A stretch of DNA of 64,000 nucleotides from Betaproteobacteria bacterium (GTDB lineage: Bacteria > Pseudomonadota > Gammaproteobacteria > Burkholderiales > Burkholderiaceae_C): positions 79,772 through 143,771 of the forward strand of contig JABCYW010000001.1 in assembly GCA_013289985.1 (NCBI GenBank), read 5' to 3'. Position numbers and translations under genes: made by a program. The notes below the pieces were generated by a model. It had not been told where the DNA came from, made no database searches, and worked only from the letters and a program-made list of their open reading frames with translations. Below are positions 1 through 12,044 of this stretch, one piece after another. Numbering within the stretch: the first letter of the stretch is position 1; each line of letters begins with the position of its first letter.

Positions 1-1136
1 AGGGCGTCGCGCAGCGCATCGAGGCCGGCGCCGGTCTGGGCCGACAACGCCAGCGCGCCCTCGGGCAGCGCATGGTCGGGCGCCAGGTCGCGCTTGTTGA
101 AGACGTGCAGCGGTTCGGCCGCGTGGGCCTGCGCGAGTTCGGCGGCGATCGCGGCGTCGTCGGCCTGCGCCTGCGGGTCGTCGGCGCGGCTCAGGTCGTG
201 CAGGAACAGCACCGCGTCGGCATCGGCGATGGCCTGCCAGCTGCGCGCGATGCCCAGCTTCTCCACCTCGTCGCTGGCGTCGCGCAGGCCGGCGGTGTCG
301 ATCACGTGCACGGGCACGCCGTGGATCTGGATGGTCTCGGTGATGCGGTCGCGCGTGGTGCCGGCGATGGGCGTGACGATGGCCAGCTCGGCGCCGGCCA
401 GCGCGTTGAGCAGCGAGCTCTTGCCGACGTTGGGCGCGCCCGCAAGCACCACGCGCAGGCCTTCGCGCAGCAGCGCGCCCTGGCGCGCGCGGGCCATCAC
501 GGCCTCGAGCTGCGCGCGTATCGCGGCGAGTTGCTGGCGCGCGCCGGCGCGCTCGAGGAAGTCGATCTCTTCCTCCGGGAAATCCAGCGTGGCCTCGACC
601 AGCATGCGCAGGTGCACGATGCGCTGGGCCAGGCCGTCGATCTCCTTCGAGAACGCGCCGGCCAGCGATCGGCCCGCCGAGCGCGCGGCGGCCTCGGTGC
701 TGGCGTCGATCAGGTCGGCCACGGCCTCGGCCTGGGCCAGGTCCAGCTTGTCGTTGAAGAACGCGCGGGCCGTGAACTCGCCGGGGTTGGCCAGGCGCAG
801 GCCGATGCCGCGGCCGGCCTCCAGGCAGCGCGCGAGTATCAGCTGCAGCACGACGGGGCCGCCGTGCGCCTGCAGTTCCAGCACGTCCTCGCCGGTGTAT
901 GAATTCGGGGCGGGGAAGTGGATCGCCAGGCCCTGGTCCAGCGCCTGGCCCTGCGCGTCGAGGACGGGCCCGTAGTGCGCCATGCGCGGCGTCAACGGCT
1001 TTGCGCACACGGCGGCGATCAGTGTGGACAGGTCGCGGCCCGACGCGCGCACGATGCCCACCGCGCCGCGGCCGGGGGCCGTGGCGATCGCGACGATCGG
1101 GTCGTTGAGGTGGGCGAGGGAGACGGCGGCTGGCAT
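1..1136 (-). CDS. mnmE: tRNA modification GTPase MnmE (TrmE), 3' end runs past the window start
   Basis: Minus-strand translation from the ATG at 1134-1136 begins [24 protein letters not shown] and continues through [20 protein letters not shown] and FNKRDL G-domain motifs. The plus-strand ORFs listed here (72..902, 94..975) are antisense shadows. Confidence 0.9.
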   Translation of the reverse strand, partial: MPAAVSLAHLNDPIVAIATAPGRGAVGIVRASGRDLSTLIAAVCAKPLTPRMAHYGPVLDAQGQALDQGLAIHFPAPNSYTGEDVLELQAHGGPVVLQLILARCLEAGRGIGLRLANPGEFTARAFFNDKLDLAQAEAVADLIDASTEAAARSAGRSLAGAFSKEIDGLAQRIVHLRMLVEATLDFPEEEIDFLERAGARQQLAAIRAQLEAVMARARQGALLREGLRVVLAGAPNVGKSSLLNALAGAELAIVTPIAGTTRDRITETIQIHGVPVHVIDTAGLRDASDEVEKLGIARSWQAIADADAVLFLHDLSRADDPQAQADDAAIAAELAQAHAAEPLHVFNKRDLAPDHALPEGALALSAQTGAGLDALRDA

Positions 1137-1223
1137 GCATGGTCCCTTGCGATCGGGGTCAGGCACCGCCATTTGAGAAAGCAGGGTCGCCGGCGATGTC
1201 TCGGCGGAGCCAGACCCCTGGCC

Positions 1224-3005
1224 TCAGCCCTTGACGATCTTCGCGTCGGAGACCTTGGGCGCCTTGTCCTTCGGGCCGTTGATCTGGCGGTTGATCAGCC
1301 ACTGCTGCACGATGGTGAGCGTGTTGTTCGTGACCCAGTACAGCGTCAGGCCGGCCGGGAACGAGAACAGCGCGGCGCTGAACGCCAGCGGCATCAGCCA
1401 CATCATCTTGGCCTGCATCGGGTCGGCCGGCGTGGGCTGCAGCGAGACCTGCAGCAGCGACGTGGCCGTCATCAGGATCGGCAGGATCGCGTACGGATCC
1501 ATGATGGACAAGTCGTGGATCCAGCCGAGCCAGGGCGCGCCGCGCATCTCGGCCGACGACGTGAGCACCGTGAACAGCGCGATGAAGATCGGCATCTGGA
1601 TCAGGATCGGGAGGCAGCCGCCCAGCGGGTTGACCTTCTCCTCGCGGTAGATCTTCATGATCTCCTGCTGCTTCTGCTGCGGGTTGTCCTTGTAGCGGAC
1701 GTTCAGCTCCTGGATGCGCGGGTTGACGGCCTTCATCTTGGCCATCGAGCGGTACGCGTTGGCGTTGAGTCCGTAGAACGCGATCTTCAGCAGGAACACG
1801 AGCGCCACGATGGACCAGCCCCAGTTGCCGATGACCAGGTGGATCTTGCTCAGGAGCCAGAACAGCGGCTGCGCGATGATCTTGAGCAGGCCGTAGTCCT
1901 TGACCTGTTCGAGGTTGGGCGCGAGCGGGGCGAGCAGCTGTTCTTCCTGCGGGCCGGCGAACAGCGTGGCCTTGAGCGTCTGGCTGGCGCCCGGGGCGAT
2001 GGTGCCCACCGGCGTGTACAGCGCGGTGAAGTACGTGGTCTGGCCGTGGATGCCGGCGTCGTAGCGGCCCACGCTGTAGCTGCGCGCGGTGTCCGGCGGC
2101 AGGATCCAGGCCGACGAGAAGTAGTGCTGGATCATGGCGATCCAGCCGTTCTGCGACGTGGCCTTGGGATCGATGACGCCCTTTTCCTTGCCCTTGTCGA
2201 TGTCGGAGAACGAGATCTTGTGGAACGAGCCTTCGGTGTAGACCGACGGGCCGGTGTACGAGCTCGGGCCGCTGAAGTAGCCGCCCGGGGGCACGCGGCC
2301 ATCGCGCACCAGTTGCAGGTACAGGTCGGGCGCGATCGGGGCGCCGGAGTGGTTGACGACCTGGTGCGTGACGTCGATGGCGTAGCTGCCGCGATGGAAC
2401 GTGTAGGTCTTGACCAGCTGCACGCCGTCGATCTCGGGCGACTCGAAGCGCACGGCCAGCTCGTTCTTGCCGTCGGCCAGCGTGCGCTCGGTGCTCGCCA
2501 GGCGCATCACGCCGTGCTTGAGCGCGTCGCGGCCGACCAGGCCGGTGAGCCCGGTCTGCGCGGCATAGAACTGCGAATCGCTGGTGTCGAACACCTTCAC
2601 GTCGGCCTTGGGCGGCACGACGTCGTGGATGCCCACCAGGCCCTTGATCTGGCGCCAGATCTCCGAGTGGTTGTCCACGTCCTGGTACTTGAGCAGGTCG
2701 AGGTCGATCAGGTCGGCGCCCAGCGTGGTGAGCTTGGCCTTGACGACGTCGGTCTGGATGGTGACGTCCTCGATGGGCAGCGCCACGACGGCGGAGGCGG
2801 CGTCCGAAGCCGCGGTGGCGGCCGCGGCCACCGGCGGCGCGTTGTTGACGACCGCGGAGGCGGCCTGCGGCGCGACGACGGCCCTGGCGGCCGGGTGCGG
2901 CGCCAGCAGCGAGCTCTCGCCGTGATAGACGCGCCACTTGTCGAACAGCATCAGCAGCGACATCATCAAGACGACCAGCAGCAGGGTGCGGCGGAATTCG
3001 TTCAT
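1224..3005 (-). CDS. yidC: membrane protein insertase YidC
   Basis: The 593-aa product has an N-terminal TM, a large periplasmic domain and a C-terminal 5-TM Oxa1-like core (LPILIQMPIFIALF). It sits in the conserved position between yidD and mnmE. Confidence 0.9.
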   Translation of the reverse strand: MNEFRRTLLLVVLMMSLLMLFDKWRVYHGESSLLAPHPAARAVVAPQAASAVVNNAPPVAAAATAASDAASAVVALPIEDVTIQTDVVKAKLTTLGADLIDLDLLKYQDVDNHSEIWRQIKGLVGIHDVVPPKADVKVFDTSDSQFYAAQTGLTGLVGRDALKHGVMRLASTERTLADGKNELAVRFESPEIDGVQLVKTYTFHRGSYAIDVTHQVVNHSGAPIAPDLYLQLVRDGRVPPGGYFSGPSSYTGPSVYTEGSFHKISFSDIDKGKEKGVIDPKATSQNGWIAMIQHYFSSAWILPPDTARSYSVGRYDAGIHGQTTYFTALYTPVGTIAPGASQTLKATLFAGPQEEQLLAPLAPNLEQVKDYGLLKIIAQPLFWLLSKIHLVIGNWGWSIVALVFLLKIAFYGLNANAYRSMAKMKAVNPRIQELNVRYKDNPQQKQQEIMKIYREEKVNPLGGCLPILIQMPIFIALFTVLTSSAEMRGAPWLGWIHDLSIMDPYAILPILMTATSLLQVSLQPTPADPMQAKMMWLMPLAFSAALFSFPAGLTLYWVTNNTLTIVQQWLINRQINGPKDKAPKVSDAKIVKG

Positions 3006-3388
3006 GTGGGGGTGTTCGAGAAGTTTGTTTTGTCGGTCGCTGCCGGGGTCGGCGTCGCGGCGGCCGGCGCACGGCCGGAGTCAGCTTGCAGCAGGCCCGT
3101 GAACAGGCCCGCGGCGGAGGGTTCAGATGGGGACGCTTTCGCGTGATCCCAGGGCATATTGTCGGGGACCTCGTCGCACCCGCCGTGACACCACGGATTG
3201 CAACGCAGGATGCGCCAGCCGGCCAGGCCGGCGCCGACGAGGGCGCCGTGCTTTTCAAGCGCCTGTATCGCGTAGGCGGAGCAGGTGGGCGTGAAGCGGC
3301 AGCTCTGGCCCACCCACGGGCTCAGCAGCAGGCGATAGGCACGCACCACGCCCACGAGCAGCGTGCGGGGCAGGTGCAGCAGCAGCAT
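3002..3388 (-). CDS. yidD: membrane protein insertion efficiency factor YidD, with a C-terminal extension
   Basis: The conserved core SPWVGQSCRFTPTCSAYA...RCNPWCHGGCDEVP is present. The Met at 3388 overlaps the rnpA stop as TGATG, suggesting translational coupling. The stop overlaps the yidC start. Confidence 0.8.
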   Translation of the reverse strand: MLLLHLPRTLLVGVVRAYRLLLSPWVGQSCRFTPTCSAYAIQALEKHGALVGAGLAGWRILRCNPWCHGGCDEVPDNMPWDHAKASPSEPSAAGLFTGLLQADSGRAPAAATPTPAATDKTNFSNTPT

Positions 3389-4092
3389 CAGGCCGCGCAT
3401 GGCGGTCCTTCCGGCGGCCTGGCCGTGGCGGGGCGAACCTTGCCGCCCTTGCCTTTGGCGGGCAGTTCGCCCGATGGCCGCGGCTTCAGGCGATCGCGTT
3501 CACCGCGAACGGCCCGGTCGAACAGCGCGCGCAGCTCTTCGCGCGCCGCTTCCTTCAAGGCATCGGACGCGGCGCTCGGGAACTCTTTCGGATCGAACGG
3601 CGAGCGCTGGCGCACCACCCACAGGCCGGGTTCCAGCTGCGGCGCGCAGGCGGACGCCACGTTGCGGATCTGGCGCTTGACCAGTGTTCGCGTGACCGCT
3701 CGCTTGGCGTGGCGCTTGGGCACGACGAGTCCCAGCCAACGAGCGATGCCGCCCGGAGCCGTCGGGGTTTCCACCATCCCGGACGGGCCCGGAACCTGCG
3801 GGTCGTCCACATCCGTCACCGAGGAATCGGAGCGGCCTGTGGATAACTCTGTAGACAAGCTGGCGGTAACCGGTGCATGACCGGTCGCGTCGACCTCGAG
3901 GCTCGCCGTCGCCAAAACGGGTGCCATCACGGAACGCACTCCCGGCCGCTTCAAAGGCAGCGGCCTGCCGACCAGGTGATGGACGGCAAAATGGGGGCTG
4001 CGCAGACGCATCGGCGTCGCGAGCACGCGCACGTAGTCCGCCGGCCGGACGATGCGGCCGAGCAGCTGGGAATCGAGGTCGCCTGCGGTCAT
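3388..4092 (-). CDS. rnpA: ribonuclease P protein component RnpA, carrying an about 75-aa internal low-complexity insertion
   Basis: An RnpA-like N-terminus is followed by the conserved RWLGLVVPKRHAKRAVTRTLVKRQIRNV motif. The two are split by a Ser/Thr/Pro/Ala/Val-rich in-frame insert. The gene sits in the rpmH-rnpA-yidD-yidC order. Confidence 0.8.
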   Translation of the reverse strand: MTAGDLDSQLLGRIVRPADYVRVLATPMRLRSPHFAVHHLVGRPLPLKRPGVRSVMAPVLATASLEVDATGHAPVTASLSTELSTGRSDSSVTDVDDPQVPGPSGMVETPTAPGGIARWLGLVVPKRHAKRAVTRTLVKRQIRNVASACAPQLEPGLWVVRQRSPFDPKEFPSAASDALKEAAREELRALFDRAVRGERDRLKPRPSGELPAKGKGGKVRPATARPPEGPPCAA

Positions 4093-4237
4093 GGCCGCCG
4101 GCCCGGTGTGCCGTGAAGCAGGAATTCAATGCGCTGCGGCGACGTCCTCGACGAGGAGGGCGACGCGGAGACGACGAAGGCGGCAGAAGCCGCCCTGGAA
4201 TTCCTTACCGGCGAAGCGTTCAGTCCGACGTCTGGAA

Positions 4238-4372
4238 TCAGACGGCGAGACGCTTGCGACCCTTGGCGCGACGAGCAGCGATGACGCTGCGGCCGCCACG
4301 GGTCTTCATGCGGACGAGGAAGCCGTGCGTACGGGCGCGACGGACTTTGGAGGGCTGGTAGGTACGCTTCAT
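4238..4372 (-). CDS. rpmH: 50S ribosomal protein L34
   Basis: Minus-strand translation gives [44 protein letters not shown], 44 aa. It is below the ORF-track size cutoff and was found by hand. Confidence 0.95.
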   Translation of the reverse strand: MKRTYQPSKVRRARTHGFLVRMKTRGGRSVIAARRAKGRKRLAV

Positions 4373-4482
4373 GGATGAAAATCTCCGGGGAACCCTCGAT
4401 TAGAGCAGAGAAACGCATTACGAGTCAACGACTTGGCACGAGCGGCCGTACGATGCGGGGGGATTGACCGCGCGCCGATTTC

Positions 4483-4491
4483 TGTGGATAA
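4483..4491 (-). promoter_or_regulatory. perfect DnaA box (TTATCCACA) in the rpmH-dnaA intergenic region
   Basis: tgtggataa at 4483-4491 is the reverse complement of the consensus DnaA box TTATCCACA. It lies about 60 bp upstream of dnaA. Confidence 0.6.
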
Positions 4492-4542
4492 CCGTCATTT
4501 CGCCGTTCAGGCGCGGGTAGAATCTGCCGGCTTGAGAAGAAC

Positions 4543-4551
4543 TTGTCCACA
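4543..4551 (+). promoter_or_regulatory. DnaA box variant (TTGTCCACA) abutting the dnaA start codon
   Basis: ttgtccaca sits immediately before the ATG at 4552. This is the classic position for dnaA autoregulation. Confidence 0.5.
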
Positions 4552-6006
4552 ATGTCCCTAGACCTTTGGCACCGGAGTTGCGAGCGCCTCGCCACCGAGT
4601 TGCCCGAACAGCAATTCAGCACCTGGATCCGGCCCTTGCCGCCCGCCGATTTCACCGACGTGGGCGACGGCACGGTGGCGCTCGTGCGCGTGCCCAACCG
4701 CTTCAAGCTCGACTGGATCCGCTCGCAATACGGCTCGCGCATCGAGTCGGTGCTCACCGAACTCGCCGGCAAGCCGGTGCGCCTCGAGCTGGCGCTCGCG
4801 CCGCGCGAGGCGCCGGCCCCCGGCCACGCCCACGTGCCCACCGGCAGCGGCTTCATCACCAGCAATCCGCCGCAGCGCATCGGCGCCGTGTTCGAGCAGG
4901 CGCTGGCCAACGCGCCGACGAACGGCCATGCCGCGGCGAGCGCGCCCGCGCAGCCGCGGCCCATGCACATCGCGCCGGCCATGAACTCGCACCGGCTCAA
5001 CCCGGCGCTCACCTTCGACACGCTGGTGGCCGGCCGCGCCAACCAGATGGCCCGCACCGCGGCGCTGCACGTGGCCGGCGCGCCTGGCGCCATGTACAAC
5101 CCGCTGTTCGTCTACGGCGGCGTGGGCCTGGGCAAGACCCACCTGGTGCACGCCGTGGGCAACCAGCTGCTCAAGGACAAGCCCGACGCCCGCGTGCTGT
5201 ACCTGCACGCCGAGCAGTTCATCTCCGACGTCGTCAAGAACTACCAGCGCAAGACCTTCGACGAACTGAAGGCCAAGTACCACTCGCTGGACCTGCTGCT
5301 GATCGACGACGTGCAGTTCTTCGCCGGCAAGGAACGCACGCAGGAAGAATTCTTCAATGCGTTCGAGGCGCTGCTGTCGCGCCGCGCGCACATCATCATG
5401 ACGAGCGACACCTATCCCAAGGGTCTGGCCGACATCGATGAACGCCTCACCAGCCGCTTCGACTCCGGCCTGACGGTGGCCATCGAGCCGCCCGAGCTGG
5501 AGATGCGCGTGGCCATCCTGATCCGCAAGGCCGAAGGCGAGCAGGCGCAGATGCCCGAGGAAGTGGCGTTCTTCATCGCCAAGAACGTGCGCGCCAACGT
5601 GCGCGAGCTCGAGGGCGCGCTGCGCAAGGTGCTGGCCTACTCGCGCTTCTCGCAGAAGGACATCAACATCGCCCTGGCGCGCGAGGCGCTCAAGGACCTG
5701 CTGTCCATCCAGAACCGCCAGATCTCCGTCGAGAACATCCAGAAGACGGTGGCCGATTTCTACAAGATCAAGGTGGCCGACATGTACAGCAAGAAGCGCC
5801 CGGCGAGCATCGCCCGCCCGCGCCAGATCGCCATGTACCTGGCCAAGGAGCTCACCCAGAAGAGCCTGCCCGAGATCGGCGAGCTCTTTGGCGGCCGCGA
5901 CCACACCACCGTGCTGCACGCCGTGCGCAAGATCGGCGGCGAGCGGCAGAAGAACACCGAACTGAACCAGCAACTCCACGTCCTGGAACAGACCCTGAAG
6001 GGATGA
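4552..6006 (+). CDS. dnaA: chromosomal replication initiator DnaA
   Basis: Walker [10 protein letters not shown], an AAA+ core, and a C-terminal DNA-binding domain (RDHTTVLHA). The ORF track begins at the TTG at 4543; the ATG at 4552 (MSLDLW) is preferred. Confidence 0.95.
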   Translation: MSLDLWHRSCERLATELPEQQFSTWIRPLPPADFTDVGDGTVALVRVPNRFKLDWIRSQYGSRIESVLTELAGKPVRLELALAPREAPAPGHAHVPTGSGFITSNPPQRIGAVFEQALANAPTNGHAAASAPAQPRPMHIAPAMNSHRLNPALTFDTLVAGRANQMARTAALHVAGAPGAMYNPLFVYGGVGLGKTHLVHAVGNQLLKDKPDARVLYLHAEQFISDVVKNYQRKTFDELKAKYHSLDLLLIDDVQFFAGKERTQEEFFNAFEALLSRRAHIIMTSDTYPKGLADIDERLTSRFDSGLTVAIEPPELEMRVAILIRKAEGEQAQMPEEVAFFIAKNVRANVRELEGALRKVLAYSRFSQKDINIALAREALKDLLSIQNRQISVENIQKTVADFYKIKVADMYSKKRPASIARPRQIAMYLAKELTQKSLPEIGELFGGRDHTTVLHAVRKIGGERQKNTELNQQLHVLEQTLKG

Positions 6007-6271
6007 TGACGGGCGCGATTCAAGCCTCCTTCACCGGAGGCAGGCACAGTGTCAACTCACAACCCTGGGGACCGTTCCGGGACAACCAGGCAGTGGTCCA
6101 CAGGACGATGCGACGCGCGAAACTTGTTATCGATGAGTCCGACGGCAACCGGGGGTTCGACCCCCAGACTTGTGCGACCTCCAAGCCCTTGATATTTCAG
6201 GCGAAAATAGAGTTCTCCACAGTGCACGACGAGCACTACCAGCTACCACCAGGTTTAAAAAAGAGGAAGAC

Positions 6272-7378
6272 ATGATTGTTCTCAAAGCGCCTCAGGAAAA
6301 GCTGCTTGGCGCGTTGCAGGCGGTGTCGGGGATCGTGGAACGCCGGCATACCCTGCCCATCCTGGCCAACGTGCTGATGCGCAAGAACGGCGACTCGATC
6401 GAGTTCACCACCAGCGACCTGGAGATCCAGGTGCGGACGTCCGCATCGCTGGGTGGCGACGAGGGCAGCCTCTCGACCACCGTCGGCTCGCGCAAGATGA
6501 TCGACATCCTGAAGTCGCTGCCCGGCGACCAGATCGTCTCGCTCACCTCCAGCGGCACCAAGCTGACGCTGCAGGCCGGCAAGAGCCGCTTCACGATGCA
6601 GACGCTGCCGGCCGACGACTTCCCGCTGGTCAACGAGGCCGTCGACTTCGGCCCCAGCTTCGGCGTGCCGCAGAAGGTGCTCAAGAGCCTGATCGACCAG
6701 GTGCACTTCGCCATGGCGGTGCACGACATCCGCTACTACCTCAACGGCATCCTGTTCGTGGCCGAGGGCAAGACGCTCACGCTGGTGGCCACCGACGGCC
6801 ACCGCCTGGGCCTGGCGCAGGCCACGCTGGAGACCGAGATCCCGAAGCAGGAGGTGATCCTCCCGCGCAAGACCGTGCTGGAGCTGGCGCGCCTGCTGGG
6901 CAACGTCGACGAGCCCATCGAGATGCGCTTCGCCGGCAACCAGGCCAAGTTCTCGTTCTCGGGCCTGGAGTTCGTCACGAAGCTGGTGGAAGGCAAGTTC
7001 CCCGACTACAACCGCGTGATCCCGAAGAACCACAAGAACTCGGTGATCCTCGGCCGCCAGCCGTTCCTCTCGAGCCTGCAGCGCGCGGCCATCCTCACCA
7101 GCGACAAGTTCAAGGGCGTGCGCGTGAACCTCGAGCCGGGCGCGCTGCGCATCGCGTCGAGCAACGCCGAGCAGGAAGAGGCCAAGGAAGAGCTCGAGAT
7201 CGACTACGGCGGCGACGCCATCGAGATCGGCTTCAACGTCACCTACCTGATGGACGCGCTCAACAACATCGACCACGACATGGTCAAGCTCGAGCTGCAG
7301 GACGGCAACTCGAGCGCGCTCATCACCGTGCCGGAGCAGCCTGGCTTCAAGTACGTCGTGATGCCGATGCGCATCTGA
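6272..7378 (+). CDS. dnaN: DNA polymerase III beta sliding clamp
   Basis: The product begins MIVLKAPQEKLLGALQAVSGIVERRHTLPILANVL and has a three-domain clamp architecture. It follows dnaA directly. The ORF-track start at 6170 is an N-terminal over-extension. Confidence 0.95.
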   Translation: MIVLKAPQEKLLGALQAVSGIVERRHTLPILANVLMRKNGDSIEFTTSDLEIQVRTSASLGGDEGSLSTTVGSRKMIDILKSLPGDQIVSLTSSGTKLTLQAGKSRFTMQTLPADDFPLVNEAVDFGPSFGVPQKVLKSLIDQVHFAMAVHDIRYYLNGILFVAEGKTLTLVATDGHRLGLAQATLETEIPKQEVILPRKTVLELARLLGNVDEPIEMRFAGNQAKFSFSGLEFVTKLVEGKFPDYNRVIPKNHKNSVILGRQPFLSSLQRAAILTSDKFKGVRVNLEPGALRIASSNAEQEEAKEELEIDYGGDAIEIGFNVTYLMDALNNIDHDMVKLELQDGNSSALITVPEQPGFKYVVMPMRI

Positions 7379-7490
7379 AGCCTGCCCGCGCAGGCCGCGC
7401 CGCCTTCGAACGAGGGACGGCGCGGAGTTTTTCTGTCCGCACCAAGACAAGAGCCTGCCGCCATGAGGCGCGCCGGCATCCAGGAAGTGA

Positions 7491-10103
<2,613 letters not shown>

Positions 10104-10116
10104 TGTGTCGGGTGAC

Positions 10117-10190
10117 GTAGGGCGCCGAAGTAATTGCGATTGGCGCCAAAGCTGTGCGACTGGGCGCCACAGTTCTTGCGATCGCCCTAC
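10117..10190. repeat. Left copy of an about 73-bp imperfect direct repeat made of about 21-bp TGCGAYT-containing units and bracketed by the inverted ends GTAGGGCG/CGCCCTAC
   Basis: gtagggcgccgaagtaattgcgattggcgccaaagctgtgcgactgggcgccacagttcttgcgatcgccctac. By eye it is about 75% identical to the block at 13295-13367. Confidence 0.5.
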
Positions 10191-10457
10191 GAAGCCTCTG
10201 TCAACTGAACAATCGTTGACGGCTGCGGGCGGTTGGACAGCAGCAGCGAGCCCGGCGACTGCGCGCACCGAGGCCACACGCGACCTATGCAATATCAGTA
10301 GCTTGCAGCACTCGCGGCAACGGCAGCTGCAGCCGAAGCAGCGATCGCTTCCCATCCGCCCTGCGCTTTCTTCAACACCTCAACGTCCGTTGGTGCAACC
10401 AGCCAGTGCATGTGGCATTCCAACGCACAACGCTCCTCCGACAATCTAGACTGAAAA

Positions 10458-11162
10458 CTACAGGCCAGAACTGCTCGTGCGTTCGCCCTCAACCTGCTCC
10501 TTCGGCAACCCCACAGTGAGGTAAGGAGCAATGAGTCTCGCGACCTCTTTGCAGCTCCGCACAAAGTCCACAAGCTGTTCCTTCGACGGTTGCCAGCCCA
10601 TGATGGACGTGATGGTCTCATTGCGCACAGCCAGCAACCCGAACACCGCATCAAGCAGCTTGGGCTCAAGCAGCTTCCATTCCGCAGCTTTCCGAAACAG
10701 CTTGTCTGCTGTCATCACATGAGATCCGACAGGTGCACGCATGGAGACGACTTGGCGAAGTAGTTCCTCCACCTCTATCCAAGCACGCTCAATGATCGAC
10801 AGCGGAGGAACGCCGGCCTGAACTTGTTCCGCCGCAGACAGCGAGTATTCGTCTGCGTAGTGCAGGCGATCAAAGTCTTCGGGAATGGAGACAGGACGAG
10901 GAATGTCATCGGAAGCAGCATCCCTTGTCTTCGCCCTCACCATGCGCTTCTTACGCAGCGCGTCGAGATCGAGCCGCACCCGATCCATCGTCTTTTCAAA
11001 CGTGAGCTTCAGTTTGCCTTTGTCATACTCGGCACTCTTGATGCGGTCAACAAGGCGCACGAGGGCACCGCGCACGATCACGATCACAACGCCACCCAGC
11101 AGGATGACGACGGCCGGCCAGCGCACCGCTTCAATGATCTTCGCCAACCCCGCAGCATCCAT
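10458..11162 (-). CDS. Hypothetical membrane-anchored protein, paralog 1 (N-terminal TM, charged linker, C-terminal helical domain with an AW.EVE...GWQP signature)
   Basis: The 234-aa product has a TM segment WPAVVILLGGVVIVIV. It is paralogous along its whole length to the upstream ORF 11247-12125 (shared LIDRVK after the TM, AW(I/Q)EV(E/R), (S/T)I(M/S)GWQP). It lies in the lower-GC block. Confidence 0.6.
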   Translation of the reverse strand: MDAAGLAKIIEAVRWPAVVILLGGVVIVIVRGALVRLVDRIKSAEYDKGKLKLTFEKTMDRVRLDLDALRKKRMVRAKTRDAASDDIPRPVSIPEDFDRLHYADEYSLSAAEQVQAGVPPLSIIERAWIEVEELLRQVVSMRAPVGSHVMTADKLFRKAAEWKLLEPKLLDAVFGLLAVRNETITSIMGWQPSKEQLVDFVRSCKEVARLIAPYLTVGLPKEQVEGERTSSSGL

Positions 11163-11246
11163 CCTAGCTCTCCCGATCCCTTTGCCTCGAAGTCTCGCAC
11201 GCCGTCGAGGCCAAACTACAGCCCAGCGCTTGTAGTGCGTTCACCT

Positions 11247-12044
11247 TCAATCGGCTACCTTCGGTAGACCCAGCGCAAGGTGCATGCTCAATAGTGTCAC
11301 GACCTCCCCCGCGTTCTGCACGTATTCCAAGACTTGAACCTGGTTCGGCTGCCAACCAATCGTGCTCATCGCATCGTTGTGGATCATCATGAGTTCAACG
11401 ACAGCTTTGTAGAGCGAACCCGTGAGCTTGCCTGCTCGATGTGCACGCCCAACAAGCTGCTCATCCGGAATGCCATCGAGCGACCACCAGTCCGTCGCAG
11501 TCTTCTCCAATCCGAGCACTTTGTAGAGCATCCCACGCACCTCTTGCCAAGCGTGGTGAATCACAACGGGTGGAGCATTCTTGTAGACCTCCATCATGCG
11601 GAGCCAGTTGCGCTGGTCATCCTCGTAGTCCTTCATGCTGAACATGGGAGTGCCAGGCAGAGGCATCGCGGCATCTCTGAAGCGATAGGGCTTTGGCTGG
11701 CCTTGCGCAGCAGCTTCAGTATCAACCTCTTCGATCATGCGCCGGACGCCCTTGTCCGTTGCCTCCGGCTTGACATCCTCGACAGTTGGTTTCTGCTTCT
11801 CAACCTCTTCCTTGGCAACCGCGACGTTCTCCTTGACTTCGCCCAGTTGGTCGGCGATGTCAACGGTGACGCCTTCTTTGCTTGCACTGACCTTCTTGAC
11901 GCGATCGATGAGCGCACCGATCTTGGCCTTCTGCTGGACGAGGAAGACGACCACCACGAGCGGCCAAGCAAACGCAGCAATGAGCGTGACAAGGTGCCCA
12001 GTCTGCTTCTCGATGAAGCTCAGTATCAGCTCAGCCCATTCCAT
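11247..12044 (-). CDS. Hypothetical membrane-anchored protein, paralog 2
   Basis: TM segment LVTLIAAFAWPLVVVVFLV, a coiled/charged linker, and a C-terminal domain homologous to paralog 1. The ORF track starts at 12125; the start chosen here is the Met (MEWAEL) at 12044 just before the TM. The true start is uncertain. Confidence 0.55.
   Translation of the reverse strand: MEWAELILSFIEKQTGHLVTLIAAFAWPLVVVVFLVQQKAKIGALIDRVKKVSASKEGVTVDIADQLGEVKENVAVAKEEVEKQKPTVEDVKPEATDKGVRRMIEEVDTEAAAQGQPKPYRFRDAAMPLPGTPMFSMKDYEDDQRNWLRMMEVYKNAPPVVIHHAWQEVRGMLYKVLGLEKTATDWWSLDGIPDEQLVGRAHRAGKLTGSLYKAVVELMMIHNDAMSTIGWQPNQVQVLEYVQNAGEVVTLLSMHLALGLPKVAD

Noticed and set aside
72-1176. Plus-strand ORFs of 276, 293, 69 and 64 aa across the first kb.
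   Set aside because: They are antisense to mnmE and are Ala/Arg/Gly-rich translations typical of high-GC shadow frames. The minus strand encodes a clean MnmE.
918-3258. Long ORFs of 742 aa (plus) and 699 aa (minus) spanning yidC.
   Set aside because: They are alternative-frame or antisense readings of the yidC region with low-complexity R/A/G/P composition and no domain. The real YidC is the 1224-3005 frame.
3086-4418. Several 80-260-aa ORFs on both strands over yidD, rnpA and rpmH.
   Set aside because: They overlap the conserved yidD-rnpA-rpmH genes in other frames and their composition is Arg/Ala/Pro-rich junk.
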